From Mytilus californianus (taxonomy: Eukaryota), in NCBI RefSeq assembly GCF_021869535.1, contig NW_026262626.1, forward strand, positions 124,001 through 188,000: a DNA stretch of 64,000 nt, given 5' to 3'. Made by a program: the position numbers and the translations under genes. Shown piece after piece: positions 13,301 to 28,300 of this stretch. Below the pieces are notes generated by a model that was given only the letters and a program-made list of their open reading frames with translations, made no database searches and was not told where the DNA came from. Each line of letters opens with the position of its first letter. Positions within the stretch are counted from its first letter, which is position 1.

Positions 13301-16300
13301 TAAAAATCTAATTTGGCATTAAAATTAGAAAGATCCTATCATAGGGAACATGTGTACTAAGCTTCAAGTTGATTGGACTTCAACTTCATCAAAAACTACC
13401 TTGACCAAAAACTTTAACCTGAAGCGGGACAGACGGACGGACGAAGGGACGGACGGACGAACGAACGAACAGATGGACGGACGAACGGACGCATAGACCG
13501 AAAAACATAATGCCCATAAATGGGGCATAAAAAGCGGCGGAATAAATTAAAGGGAGAATCAAAACTCACGATCTCAAGTGCTTAGGAAGGGTAAGTGATG
13601 TTTTTACAACTTAACAGTTAATTCAACTGTAATCTATACATAAGCCAAATACAGTTTGAATTTATACTCAAGCCTAGTCCTAATTTGAGATGATAAAAAC
13701 TAATGTTGGAGTGTCAAATTCTAACAATGTCAACAAACATACTAGCAATTCATTTAACTTACCTGTAATTCACCAAACGACGACAACAGTCCAGCACCAT
13801 AAGCTTTTATTTCACCGTTTTGTCGACATAATCCAAACTCAACCGTAAACCAGTAACACTGAAGTGTAAATACTAATATTTAAGATACAACTACGATGCA
13901 ATGGTATTTGTATGATATCAAATTTATATAATGATTGAAACTAAGGGCTGTTCAAAAATTGATAGTGATAAGGGAGGACTGGAGGCACTCAAATTAATTG
14001 ATTGTTAACGATTGTCGTTTTCGTAGAAGTTTATAATAATTATAAGTAGAGATAAAATTTTATATAATTGATGGTTGCGCTTCAATGCGTTTTATCCTGA
14101 AACAGTCCTAACGTTATTCTTTAACGATCTTTTATGAGGAAAATTGAAAATTAACAACTCTTTATAATGTATGAATATTTGATGATTAAAGTTGCGTCTA
14201 TGCATCAAGGTTTTGTCATGGCAAACCAATAATTGCCCATAATACAAACGATGAAAAATCTTGTTTGCATCTATAACAAGTAAAACGTAAAAGAAAAAAA
14301 ACTGTTACATTAACTAACCGTAGCCAATTTTTGAATGTATTCATCTGGTGCACCAAGACTTGCCAATCCAATTTCTTGTGAGAACTGTGCAAATGATGGA
14401 TCAGCAAATAAAGGCACATGTCCAAGGACTTCATGGCATATATCTCTATAAAAATAGAATGCTTATTTTGACCAAACACGCATGTCGTTAAAAAAATGTT
14501 AACATGAAATGAGCTGTCAAACTGACAGCAAACCGGGTTTATTTAATTTGAAGGCACTTTCAGGCATGTTTGACCTGCCACGTGTTGTGCCTATTTTCCA
14601 GTTAAATCTACCAAGGACTATATCTCCTAAACGGCAAAAGTGAAATTCATCAACTTGAAACTGACCTCCATTTTATCAACAGTAATAACATATTAAAATT
14701 TGAAAAGCATTGGTTGTACGGTTCATAGATTATTAAACGGAAACAACATGAATTGAAATTTAAAAATCTATGAAGGACCATAACTCTTGAACAGAAAAAG
14801 TGAAAATTTTTAATATTTTGTTATCACTAACAACATATTTAAATTCGAAATGCATCTGTTGAACAGTTCATAAGTTATTGTTGACAGTCGCCTGTCAACC
14901 TGTACTTCTCCAAATTAATAACCGGATGTTTTCTTCGGGAAAACTCGGTTAAAAGTAAATGTTGGTATTTCATATAAAATAACAAGGTTATGGTTATTTT
15001 TGGCACACATCTCCGTAAAAAGTTATTTTAGTAATAATATTTCCACTGAATACACCAAACATGTCAAGGTAAATGCGTTTATTGTAATATATTAACAAAA
15101 CAGTTTAAAACGAAAACAATGTAAAGGTTAAAAACACATGGATAGAAAATGAAAATAGTTATTGGAAGAAAAATAGGTTTACCAAGGTTTATGGACCTCT
15201 TAATTAAATCGATAATAGGTGAAAAAGACTGCCATGTTGTAAAAGGTGTCTGTCAATAAAGCTATCGTTTTGAGATAATATTGAAAGAGAAAGCCTTAAG
15301 ATAGCATGGTCCATATAATAAAAAAGGCAAAAATCTTCAGAAAGGACAGAAGACAACTTACGGTTCTGGTGTGTACATTGGTTTTGATCCATGTCTGATG
15401 TATTGTGTAGAATGAAATACTCTGAACGCAAGACCAGCAAGGAAATCACGTGATGAAAGTAACCCAGCAACAGGCCGTAATCTGAACCCTGTGCAATCTG
15501 AAATTTCAAAATGTTAAACTGAACAAACATTAAGAAATTTAAATTCTTGATTTTGTTGTTTTTTACCATTCTGTATGTTTGTAAGGTTAAGAATAATGTT
15601 TAATATAGAGATAAAGTCATGACGAATGGTGATTTTAACGTCAAATTGCGTGAACCTATTGTTCTTCTCAGTAAAAGTCTATGTATTACTTATTACAGAA
15701 ATACGTCCTTCCAGATGAGAATAAATTAACATTTTTTAGCCAGATTGAAGCAATAATGTGTTTTACTGTCCGGTGGTAATGCGCATTACCGGTAACATAA
15801 AGTATCTACTGATATCTCTCAATGTTTGAAAGTATTTGAACAAAATAGCTGCATAATTTGGTTATTGCATATTGTATTTAGAGAATGATTGGTTGGTTTA
15901 TTGGTTTTAGGGTCCGGCTATCATTTAGGATATTGTGGACTATCGTACCAATTGTTGCAGGGTTGTTAGAGAAAGATTGTTGTAATGTTTTATAATTGTA
16001 TATTGATACTATGAAATGTTTTATAATTGTATATTGATACTATGTAATGTTTTATAATTGTATATTGATACTATGTAATGTTTTATCATTGTTTATTGAT
16101 ACTATGTAATGTTTTATAATTGTTTATTGATACTATGTAATGTTTTATAATTGTATATTGATACTATGTAATGTTTTATAATTATATATTGATACTATGT
16201 AATGTTTTATAATTGTATATTGATACTATGTAATGTTTTATTATTGTATATTGATACTATGTAATGTTTTATAATTGTATATTGGTACTACTATGTAATG

Positions 16301-19300
16301 TTTTATAATTCCATATTGATACTATGTAATGTTTTATAATTGTATGATGATACTTTAAGTGTTGTCTAATGAAAGTGAAAAGATTTTGGGACGATTTTTA
16401 CACTATTTTCTCTTACATTTTTGCCTTTCTCATTCAGACCATGATGTCTCTATACCATTGTACTTTGGTTTACGAAAATAAAGATATATATATGCTATTG
16501 TATGTAGCTGGTGGATCTGAAAAGCATGTATCCTCATTGTAACGGTATCTTAGACGGGATCCGCGATCGTTATAATTTCAAAACCTAATGTTCTCATATG
16601 TAGGTTTGTTTCAACGTTTGTTTAAAGGAAAATGTCGTGTAAACGAACAATTTTAATTTTCATCTAACGTTAATACCACTATTGGTTTACTGTTAGTTCC
16701 CGAGGGTATCACCAACTTTCCCGGCGAATAATCTTCAATAATTGAAGGATCGCTAGAAACTTAAAGAAGAGAAGTAGAGGTCAGTGCTTTAGTACTTTAC
16801 GTTCAATCACATGGTAACACCACATGCCGGTTTGTTTGAACGAAAACGTTGTGCAAACAGATAATTACGATTGTTTTGCTTCAGTCATAACATGATTCTA
16901 AAATTCGCCGTTGATAAATTCAGAAGAAATTATAAACTCACTCAGGCAAATACGACCTCAGATAAATGTGGGTTTTTTGTAGGTCCCTTTTGGTCACATA
17001 GCTCTCAACATGTTTTATTCTTATACGTTCTTGACTTTCAGGTGATTGAGTTAGAGCGTTCATAGTGAAGGTAGATCAAAAGAGTTTTTTTTCACAATAC
17101 ATTGCGTTCAATGTGTTATCATATTATACATATGCTATAAATAAGCTTTATATTGACACATTACACAGTCTCTCTGTCAGATGTTTTCAATTCTTTTTGA
17201 TCGAAGATATCTTTGATGTCTAACAATCATTCTTCTTTTTTAACCATGTTTAATTCAGTAACTATACCTGATAACATTAATTACCTTGTAAAAAGTTTGA
17301 AATATCTTGTAATTGCGGTAGATTGTCTTCTTTAAAACCACAGTTATCACACAACAGAGGGAAGATGTGGTTAAATTCACGACAAGCATGTGTTGGGTAT
17401 AGCTTTGTTAATTCTCGGAAGATTGTTCCCCTACAAAAAAACAGACATATAGTATATGGCACAGAATTGTTAATTCAAATTGCAACCTTTTTTTAATGTA
17501 ACAATACTGATAAAAAAAAATGTACTAACAAGATGAAATAAGATCGTATTGACATAGAGGAATTTCGCTCACGCGGTCTCTAAGCTGCATCAACAGATTC
17601 CAATCTGATTGAATGGCTGCAAATATCAAACAGAGCATAAAGTCCACCTCAATTGATATGACACATAGGTTTACTCTTTGTTAGCTTTGGTGAGATTGAT
17701 TTTAAATTCCGAAAATGAGACTGTAGACGACAAGCAAATAGTCTTATAACATTTAACGCTGCAGAATTATTTTCTTGTGTGGAACCTCGAGGGGGATTGT
17801 TTGGCACATGTTCGATTACGTCTTTTGTGCATGTCTCTTGCAATCACTTGTCACCTTCGAGAAAGTTTATAAACTGGGTTAGATAATCGTGTACAGTAAC
17901 AAAGTGTATATGCCAATGCATGCGTATTGTGTTTGATAATATGACTTAATTGACGTGATTATGATGATTTTTGCAAACAGCTTCTATCAAATATGAAATT
18001 TACGAACTCAACAACTCAATACAGATAGCCATTTTGTGTGATAGAATCTTACAACCTAAGTAATTAAATATCACACGTTGCAAATTCTACCAATGCATAC
18101 ATACCATGTTTTGATTTCGGCCGGTGTGTAGGTAACCCTTGGTATTTCTTGACCACTGAAAGAAAATATAAATTTAAAGCTGTTTTACATTGTGATATTT
18201 CTTATTTTCATGTTAATATATAATAAAATTTTTTTTACATTTCGAAAATCTAATACCTTAACAAAATATTTGTTTTGGAATGAATCGTTTACTTATTATA
18301 TTATGTGAAGTTGTTTAATATATTTTTCCTTTTAAAAAGTCAGTCACATTCTGTAAAATGTCAGCTTGTATGGTTTTTTTCGCGCTGATTTTTAATATGT
18401 CATTAGTAGTTCTTCATCGGGTTGCAGATAGCATGCATGGTTGCAATTTTCGGACTATCCCCCAGAGACCAATAGGTGTGGATTAAAAAAACAACTATAT
18501 AGGTCACCGTACGACCTCCAAAAATGAGCAAAACCACAACCGCATAGTTAGCTATAAAAGGATTCCGGTATGACTAAACGAGAAGCAATTCAAAAGAAAA
18601 AATACGGTCTGATTCATGCTTAAACAAGAAACTTAAAAGAAATAGGACAGAAAGCAACCAACGACGACCACTGAGTTACAGTCTCCTTACTTGGGACAAG
18701 CACATCAAGAATCAGGCAAGGTTAAGCATGTGTCCGACCCCTAGCCTTGGACAGTGGTGTAGCAGCACAACATAAGATTAAACTGTTAAAATCAATTGGA
18801 ACGGGCTTGACTCATTAGATCGACACGAAGAAAAACAAACGAAAGCAAAAATCAAAAAGTACCGATTAAGAGTACTCACAGTTTTTGAAAGCTAAATCAA
18901 TGCCAATTTTAACCAAAAAAAATGTTTTCGCAGGCTAAAATTATCCCATTTCACTTAGGTTTATCAAACTCCACTCGGTGAATTATAAACCAATTATACT
19001 TATTCAACCTCATCACAATAAGATGTGGCCAATAGTTAATCGTATATGTAGTAACTTAATTTAGTTATCTTAATCAGATCTTTTAGTGAAATGACGATCT
19101 TTAAACGGCATTTGTATATATCATTTGCAATAAAAGTCAAAGCATTATAAGACTGTGCATTTGTAGAAAAAGGTAAATGCTGATATTGTTCAGCATCAAA
19201 GTGAATTAATTATATATCCCCTCTAGTTTTGTTTTCATTATTTGAATAAAACAAATCCTATGCATGCATCAATGACAAATTTAACTTACTGTTTGTAATT

Positions 19301-22300
19301 AAATGCTATGTCTGCAAACTCTTTTCGTCTTGCTCTGTAAATTTTGTCAGTAAATCCCTATAAAGAAATAAAAATGGTATAAAAGAAAATAATTCCATAG
19401 CGGGAAATGCAAATCATGATGGTCTCGATGGTAGGTCATCCATTTTTGTATTCTTTAATTTATTATGCCATTTGTCAATTTTTTTTATATGTCTTGACCA
19501 CTATTCTCTATTCTTTATATTTCAGCACCAAATATTTTGTTATTCTTTTTTGCATTTGCCCATTTTTCTTTTATATTTTTTGGCCTTTATTCTGCACTTT
19601 TTGCCCATTATTCAGTAAACCCCATCCAAATCCTCAATCATTAAAAGTGATGGAATGAAATAAAAAAAAAAAAAAGAGAACAAAAAACGGGAAATGTTGA
19701 ACGTTTGATATTCGCTATAAAGTCGTATAGAACTACTTATATATTTTTGTGAATTGTATACTTTTGAAATGTTTATTTACATTGCTCTACATATATATGT
19801 GTAACAAAGATTGAGTATCCATTGTCATAGCGTCATGACAATGGATACTCACACTGCATAGTCATAAAATGATGATGAATGATCACAACTTTTACATGTG
19901 CTGTGTATACAACTAGATACGACGTTAATTAATGTGGTAGAAAAGATAGATATATAGTATGAATGAAAATATTTCAATAACATACCAAAAATATATTACA
20001 AACTTTTTTAGAGAATACACAAAATTGACATTTCTAAACTTACAGGATGGTCTGAATCCAATTCTGATCCGTAGCTTAAAATCTGGTTTGCAAACCGATC
20101 CAGCTCAACAATCTTTCGTGGAAACCATGGAACTGTGGAACATACAAAAATGGTTATCAAAAATGTAAGATTGTAAATCATATCAGGCAATGTAAATTTG
20201 CAGAAATTAGGAACAATCACCGCGCCGAGTTTTGAATAACATAAACGGTACCAATTTTTCTTCACCAGATGCGCATAACGACAATCAATGTCTCTTCTGC
20301 GATGCTCGAGGCAAAAATATTTAAAAATCCAAAGCTTATTAAAACGATGAGGAGCTATAAACCAAAAAGGAAAAAAAAAATATAGCCAAAGCCAGGCAAG
20401 GAACCAGAGCGTTGCATGAGGGAGAGGATGAATGATTCAATGCTTCAATGCTCGGCTAAAAATGTAGACAACAAATACTGTTTTAAAAGTGCACCTGTAT
20501 ATTTTTTTTAACTATCACAGAACTGTATACAAAGTTATTAATTTAGACTGCGTGCGCAACACAAAGTGGCAGAATAAGCAGACGGTTGATTGAGGCCGCT
20601 AAACAACAAAAAGAAGAGCATTGCATATTCACCAAAAACAGCAACCTACTGTTTTTTGCAACGTTTCTGTCGGAAATGTTTTCTGAAAAGTCATTCATTT
20701 TGTTGAAGTTCTTATTCAAAACTTTTTTGAAAAAAAGATATAACTTACTAGCATCTTTATCAGAATCTCTGGACAAAATACTAAATGTTGTAGATTTCTC
20801 CTTAAGTTCTTGTATGGCTTCTTTGAGTCCTCCGGTTTTGTTGTCACATGACACGAAAAATGCGTACAACGCCTTGTCTTGTTTGGAGGGACGAGATTCT
20901 ATATGATGTAAGTTCACACTGTGTTTCTGAAATAATTGTATCAAGACATTAATCAATGTACGATGAAATAAGAATGAAACTTATTAAGCATTTACATATA
21001 TGATGCATTGTGACGTGTATTCTTCTACTATTTTGCTGGAATTAACAACTTATTTTCACCTTTTCATTGGGTTAGGTGTTCAGGGGCGGATCCAGGATTT
21101 TTGAAAGGGGGCGTAATATGCTGGGAAATAGGATAGATACAACCAAGCGTAGCGAGGCGAAACTATTTTGGACTATTTTATGCTAAAACTCATTCATACT
21201 CGTGAGAAACAACATGATATTTCCCTTTTTCTTTTAGGGGGCGATCAAGGAATGCGTACATCTTCCACGCCCTACCCTGGATCCGCCACTGTGCGTTTCT
21301 AATGAATACCCGATAATAAATGGGGTATGAATGCTACTTATTTAGTATTTTTAATTTTCATTTATACGTTCATATGTGTGTTCTTATACGTATTCATATG
21401 ACGTACTTATATTTCCGACAATTGTTCTGGAAAAAAGGAGACATTTGCATAATTGTCAACCAACAATAGAAAAATTCACATCAAAAAATTGTCATAAGTC
21501 TGTAATTTACCACATGCCAATAATTTACTATTAGGAGTGGAATTTGTATAAGTGACCACTGGTTTTCTTATCCGTGCATTATATTGCTGTACGTGTACAT
21601 GAATTCGTAGGTTGTTTTTTTCAAGAATAAACATTTTTTTTAATATACTTTTTACTTAATCTAATTACCTCGAATATTCGCAATGCTCCACAAAGCGCTC
21701 CGACTTTCTCTGGCAATGTAAAAATTAAACTAAAGCTGCCATCAAAATCCTGTTTTTCGTCTAGATACCCATGATACTGTACGGATGAATGCTGTAACAT
21801 ACCAAAATGTTCATTAATATGAATACTCATTTTATAGTTTTTGTTCATGCATGATTCTTACAGAATAATCTATTTCACTGCAAAAGTATTAATAAACATT
21901 CATAATATCTATGTGGATCAGGTTATCTTGAAGTCGTCTTCTCACGTCACGTGATAGGTCTATGTACAATTGGTAGCAAATGGTCTAATAGAGAACAATC
22001 ATGAAACAATATACATTTATTTATTTGTTCACCCAAGAAAAGCAAATACTTCCCAAGAATCGAATAATATAATTTGTGTTTACTTTAAATCCAATGACCT
22101 AAATATTTAGTTCAATTATATTCTTAAGACATTTACTTCAACATAACACTTGTCAAGGTTTTTTGGATAGTGCCTTATCAGTAGGATAAAAAGCGAGGAC
22201 AGACCAACAAGCAATGTGTTCCTGTTCATATGAAAATGACTTGAAAATTGTGTTCAATAGAGGCAGTTGACAGTTTTAAGAAAATTACAACAATCGTTTG

Positions 22301-25300
22301 GTACCCTCACATTTATTAATACAAAACCATTGAACACAATGTATAATGAGCGTGGTAAGGTTTTTTTTTAATTTCTAGTATACTGGAATTGAAATCGGCT
22401 GGCATAATGGCCTTTACTTGTACACTAGTAATTTATTTCAAAAATGACAAAATCATAGTAAAATCGTGGTCGGAAAATAGCCGCTTAATTTATGATGATC
22501 TCCTTGAAAATAGTAATCTAATTTTCATATTTGCGGTTTGCAGATTAAGGACTGAAGCAACATGTTGTAAACGTTCTTTGAACATGGAAAGATGGCTGGC
22601 TACTTCATTCGATTTATAGAAGTGACAATACATGTGTACTACCAAAAAGTACCAAATGGTAGTTACAATCGTAACGGTTGGAGACCTTTTGCTCAAGGAG
22701 ATTTCCCCTGAATTACCTACAAATTCGACCATCAACACTTTTGTTTGACAGGAATTCATCACCCTGCTCTTAAGATTCAATAATGTATGGTTGAAAGTGG
22801 GTACATGAACTTAAATCGGAAATTGAACTTTGTAAAATTCAAAATTCATCTTATTGTTGGAGATTTGACTATGATTTTGATGTCGCGGTAAAACAGTCTT
22901 TATATATCGAATGCATATTAAGTATAGTGATGTAAAACGTTAAACTGACCTGAATACAATAAAACATAAATCCTTCCATATCAAGGCAAATCAACGATAT
23001 TACCCGATGTAGCTGTGCCGGGGTTAGTCGAATTGATGCTTTTCAACACTTTCTTTGTGTTCTCTAGTTTAATATTTAATATTTGGGTTTCTTGGATTTC
23101 TTTTTTTTTATAATAGTATTGAGATATATAAGGAATACGTGTCAATGAGATCATTTTAGTATAGTGTGTGATAATATCCTTCCGCGTTTCGCAGCAGGGA
23201 GGAAATTTACTACAGAAAAGTTTTCTGCATAAAATGCATGTTTAATCACAAGTATACTTGGTATTCAATTAAGAGCGGGAATTTTCCCACGTATTAAACT
23301 TTTTCAACCCAACACTGATAAAGTCAAGTATCTTAACTTCATTTAGACATGTCGTTTCTTTTTATCCTTTTACTTTATCATCAGGACTTCTATAAGTACT
23401 TCTTCATTTGTTCACAATATGTAAACATAAGTTTTTTCTTGAATGAACTATATATCAAACATGCATATGTCTTCTCTTGAATGAAGTATACATTAAACAC
23501 GGCTGGTAATCTACACACGCAGAACAATCGGTTCTGCAATGAAAACCGTGAGAGGATTTTCCGGTTATGCTTGAGTGGAGTAATTGTCACCGCTTCAAAA
23601 GGTATGTACATTTCTAAATCGCAATTTCCTAATTCAACTGATCAAAATATTAAAAATCGGAGAATGCTATGCTGTGGTGAATACTTTAACAAAGAGACAC
23701 ATGTATCATTTACTGTTGTGCATGGAGTAAAACTCCTACAAAATCAATCGAGTGACTCAGTAATTGCTGAAAAAAGTGACATTTAAATTTTGAGATGGTT
23801 CTATTAACAGACCTACAAGTTCAGATTTAGTTTTTTTTCTGTCAACTGGGTTGAATGTCGTTTTGGGCGGCGTGTACGCTGTCCGAAGGTGATAGACGTC
23901 TTAATAAATCCAAAAACTGCCAATTTTCATTATTTCATGCGTGAGGGGATCGGTTCTGATTGAGGACATCGTGAATGCGTGGGGGGAAGTGCAAACATTT
24001 TCTTAATCTTTGGCCTTGTGACTTTTCTCGACTTATGTGTTTTCATGTACCAGCTTTACATGGAAGTTCAGCTTTGTACGTTAAGTATATGACGTATCAC
24101 ACTGCAGGCAATGGTGGCGTGTTCTATTCATCTAAAAAATAGATTAAAGTCTTAATGCATGCACATGCACAAGAAAAAAACATAGTCAATCATAAATAGT
24201 AAGTAAGTAAGTAAGTAAGTAACTTTTATTTAGAGTCGGGCATGATATGTACAATTCAACAAGGTAAACATGAGCTCTGTAGAGCTCTTAACCGACTTGA
24301 TATTTAAAAACAAATAACAAATTATAAGCACATTTGAACCTGAAATAAATCTAAACCATTTATATTTACGTTGTAGCCATTTCCATTTCCATTGTCAATT
24401 TATATTTATTATAAACTTCAATTAAACTATGCAAGTTACTTGCCTTTCTTTGAAGTGATTGTTGCATTTTTCCATATAAAGATATGATTGCACTTCCCCT
24501 CACGCATTCACGATGTCCTCAATCAGAACCGATCCCCTCACGCATGAAATAATGAAAATTGGCAGTTTTTAGATTTATTAAGACGTCTATCACCTTCGAA
24601 CAGCGCACACGCCGCCCAAAACGACATTCAATCCCGTTGACAGAAAAAAAACTAAATCTGAACTTGTAGGTCTGTTAATAGAACCATCTCAAAATTTAAA
24701 TGTCACTTTTTTCGGCAATTACTCGTGGGACGATTGATTTTGTAGGGGTTTAACTACATGCACAACAGTAAATGATACATGTGTCACTTCGTAAAAGTAT
24801 TCACCACAGCATAGCATTCTCCGATTTTCAATATTTTGATCAGTTGAATTAGAAAATTGCGATTTAGAAATCTACATACCTTTTGAAGCGGTGACAATTA
24901 CTCCACTCAAGCATAACCGGAAAATCCTCTCACGGTTTTCATTGCAGAACCGATTGTTCTGCGTGTGTAGATTACCAGCCGTGTTAAAGTAATTCAATGA
25001 ATGAAGAATATTTTCACATGAATTATTTTAATGTATAGTATCTCGGAATATTTCCGGAAACGGTCTTTCGAACATTGGGTTTTGGACTACTTAATTTTGA
25101 AAGTACTTTTACAAATGTTTTACCCGTATAAATCGTTTTGTAGGTTTTTGTTGGAAGACGGGGTTGTCAAAAATGAGAGATGTTTTACAACTTATCCTAC
25201 AGTTAATTATTTTGATGATACAATTACACATGTTTAAATGTTTCAGTATCTACTCGAAGTAAATGTGATGTCCTCTAAGATATGTTGGCCAGTCGACAAA

Positions 25301-28300
25301 TTCAATATGTTTTATTACATGTATATATAATTCATTGCATTAAGTGTCAATATGGGAACGTACAAATATAACATGTACCAATCCGAAAACCACAAAACAA
25401 CAACATTGTATATTTATTTGGAAAACCGACTAAATGACTCCCCTGGCTGTATAGCTAGCTGGAAAACCGACTAAATGACTCCCCTGGCTGTATATCTAGC
25501 TGGAAAACCGACTAAACAGCTACATTGTCTACCTCCTGTCATTGATGAAATAAATGTTCAATTCGTTCTTAAAATAATTAAATTTTCATGCAAGAAAAAA
25601 AACGTATAAAGATATTTTATGAAATTCAGATAAATTTCCATAATATGAGTCGCACACTCTACGCGTGTCGGTTCTCAATCTTTCGACAACAACAAAAAAT
25701 GACCCGACTGAACTGCTTCTGTTCTGATCTAGGTTAATAAAAAGTGTCGCGACGTATAATGACATATCGTATTGTTCTACAGAATATTGCTGTGAAGATT
25801 ATGTATCGCCTTGAGATGAGTAATTATAATACATACAAATTGATTCATTATACAACAGGCACTGTTCAAATAGACAAATATTAATCCCTCTTTCTATTTT
25901 TGCCAATGGGATCTTAAAATAGTAAATTATCCATTCATGATGGCAAATTTGCAAGACCAGAATATTTGTCTGTAAATTGCTAATAATATTGTTTGACACA
26001 ACCTTTCCTTGATGTTTTTGAGTGATATTATTGCCTGTACTCAGCAGATATTATTGCCTGTACTCAGCAGATATTATTGCCTGTACTCAGCAGATATTAT
26101 TGCCTGTACTCAGCAGATATTATTGCCTGTACTCAGCAAGATAGTTTAAAGAGTTTCAGTCTATTCAAAGTTTGTCTTTCAGTGATTTTAAAGTATGATA
26201 TGGAGCTTACATCATTGAGACAGCTACCCACCACGCAAATAAACTTAATACAATAAGAGGGCGCACAGTATAAATTCTTCAACGATAGACAGGTATATTT
26301 ACAATATGTCGAGCTCTTAAATCGCCCTTAATCTTTAAAATAATGAAACTATATAACAAATCTTCCATCATCACCAATTGTTTTCAAACATTTAAAATCG
26401 TCCCGAATCTATTAATAATAGCAGCCCCCCCCCAAAAAAAAAAAACCCACATCTCACGTTTCTCACGATTATATAACTTTTTTTTATATCATAAACTATA
26501 AGTTGTCCAAAACAATTATCGACTAGCTCTGCTCGGCAGTATCTATTCCACTTTCGGGAATTACGCACCCCTTTCAAAAATCCTAGATCGCTCTTGAAAC
26601 GTATTTCTTATTCGCAGGTACAATAAGTTTTCATAAAGTTTTGACTATTTTCTTTTTCTCAAACCAAAGATATAACTCAAATCAAAGAGCACTACAATTG
26701 TGTAGGCGTATGTCACAAGAAAGGCAGATAATAACCAATCTTATCAAAGTTATTTAGCAGAATTGACAATTTCAATTGTATAATATTGCAATCGTTCATC
26801 AAAAATAAAATGTAAACAAAGATTAAACCGATTAAAAAGTCTTATATAGCGATTACAACAAACATGTTTAAATATCCACTACATATTAAGCAACGGCATT
26901 ACTGTAAAACATTAAACTGACCTGAATACAATAAAACATAAATCCTTCCATATTTAAAATAAAATAAATTAACGATAATATCCAATGTGGATATAAATAT
27001 AACTCTACAGCTGTGCCTGGGTCCGTCTAATTTTAATATTGCATGTATATTTCAGATGTATTTATACCATATCCGAGAACCTTCAATCATCGGTTTATAT
27101 ACGGTTGACATTTTTGATCGACAATGAAATGAATAGTTTTTTGTATTTCATCATTTTCCTATATAATTGCATCACTGTTGTATATACCTGCTGACGACCC
27201 CCATTCAATTAGTATAACATGCAGGTCTTGTGATCAAAGAAATAAAAAGAAAAGGATGCATACTTAAAATCTGCATATTTTTCGTCAAGTTATTTTTTTC
27301 TAAACTGATATTTACTAGTTTGATTTTTAGAGTAAATGGTTAATAAATTAACAACAAGTCTTCTTTAACTTACTTTTAATCTACTCGGCTGATTTTGGGG
27401 GTATTGTAGGGGTCAAGTCATATTTTCGTGTATTAAAATCGTATGTGCTAACACATTTCGGTGAGAACGCTCGTTTAAACTGTTAAACAATTTTTTGTAC
27501 ATGTATCAATAGATCGTGACAACCAGTTTTCCGTAAAATAAAGACATATTGTCTTATTTTTACATTTCATTGTTTAGATCTTGAATTTGCATAAGGTATC
27601 TATTATCTTTAGATTTTAAAACTACAGATATAGGAACCTTTTATTTCCCAACTATGCACTTGATCCCCTCTTTTTTCTTATTTGTATGGTGGGGATGACA
27701 CGCTGTTGGTGTAGGATATAGGGATTTAAAAGCTGGGATCTGGGAAAAAGAAGTGGGAAAAGTGGAAAGTGGGATACAAAAAACGGGATCTGGGAAATGA
27801 GCATCTCGTTTCACCCCCCCCCCCCCACCCCTTTTTCTTTTTGTAAGCGTCGAGAAATGACCACAGGACATGACCAGTAGCTCTTTAATGGTCGAGAGAT
27901 ATGATTACTAGTATTACATCAAAAAGAGAACATAGAAAATTACATACAATTATAAACATCACGGGATTCGTTATAAAAATTTTAAGTCAAACAATATAGT
28001 TTTAATTCAATAAGTAAATAATTTTATTTGTAAACGCGGATATGTTTAAAAGGAAATGATTAAACCTGTAAAATGACAAATTACATTGATAAACACTTCA
28101 ACTGAATGAACTGGCATATTTACAAGTAAAAAAGAGATATTTTATACTGTAGAAAATGTCAAAATTTAATGGATCGTTGTTGTAGGTGAAGTTGGTAAAA
28201 AAAGACTTGTGCAATCAAAATAATGGATTTGTCCTGTGCACCAAAAAACGACTGCTCCACAGAGATATTCAGGACGCTCCATTTGTTATAAAATATTGTG

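Noticed and set aside
15981-16334. Regular 31-bp repeats or the 23-bp array at 26024 as CRISPR
   Set aside because: Head-to-tail repeats with no unique spacers, eukaryotic context, no cas genes.
22490-22780. Minus-strand 96-aa ORF as PAH exon 1
   Set aside because: No in-phase donor or similarity; 28572-28655 gives ATG, GTAAGT and the correct phase.
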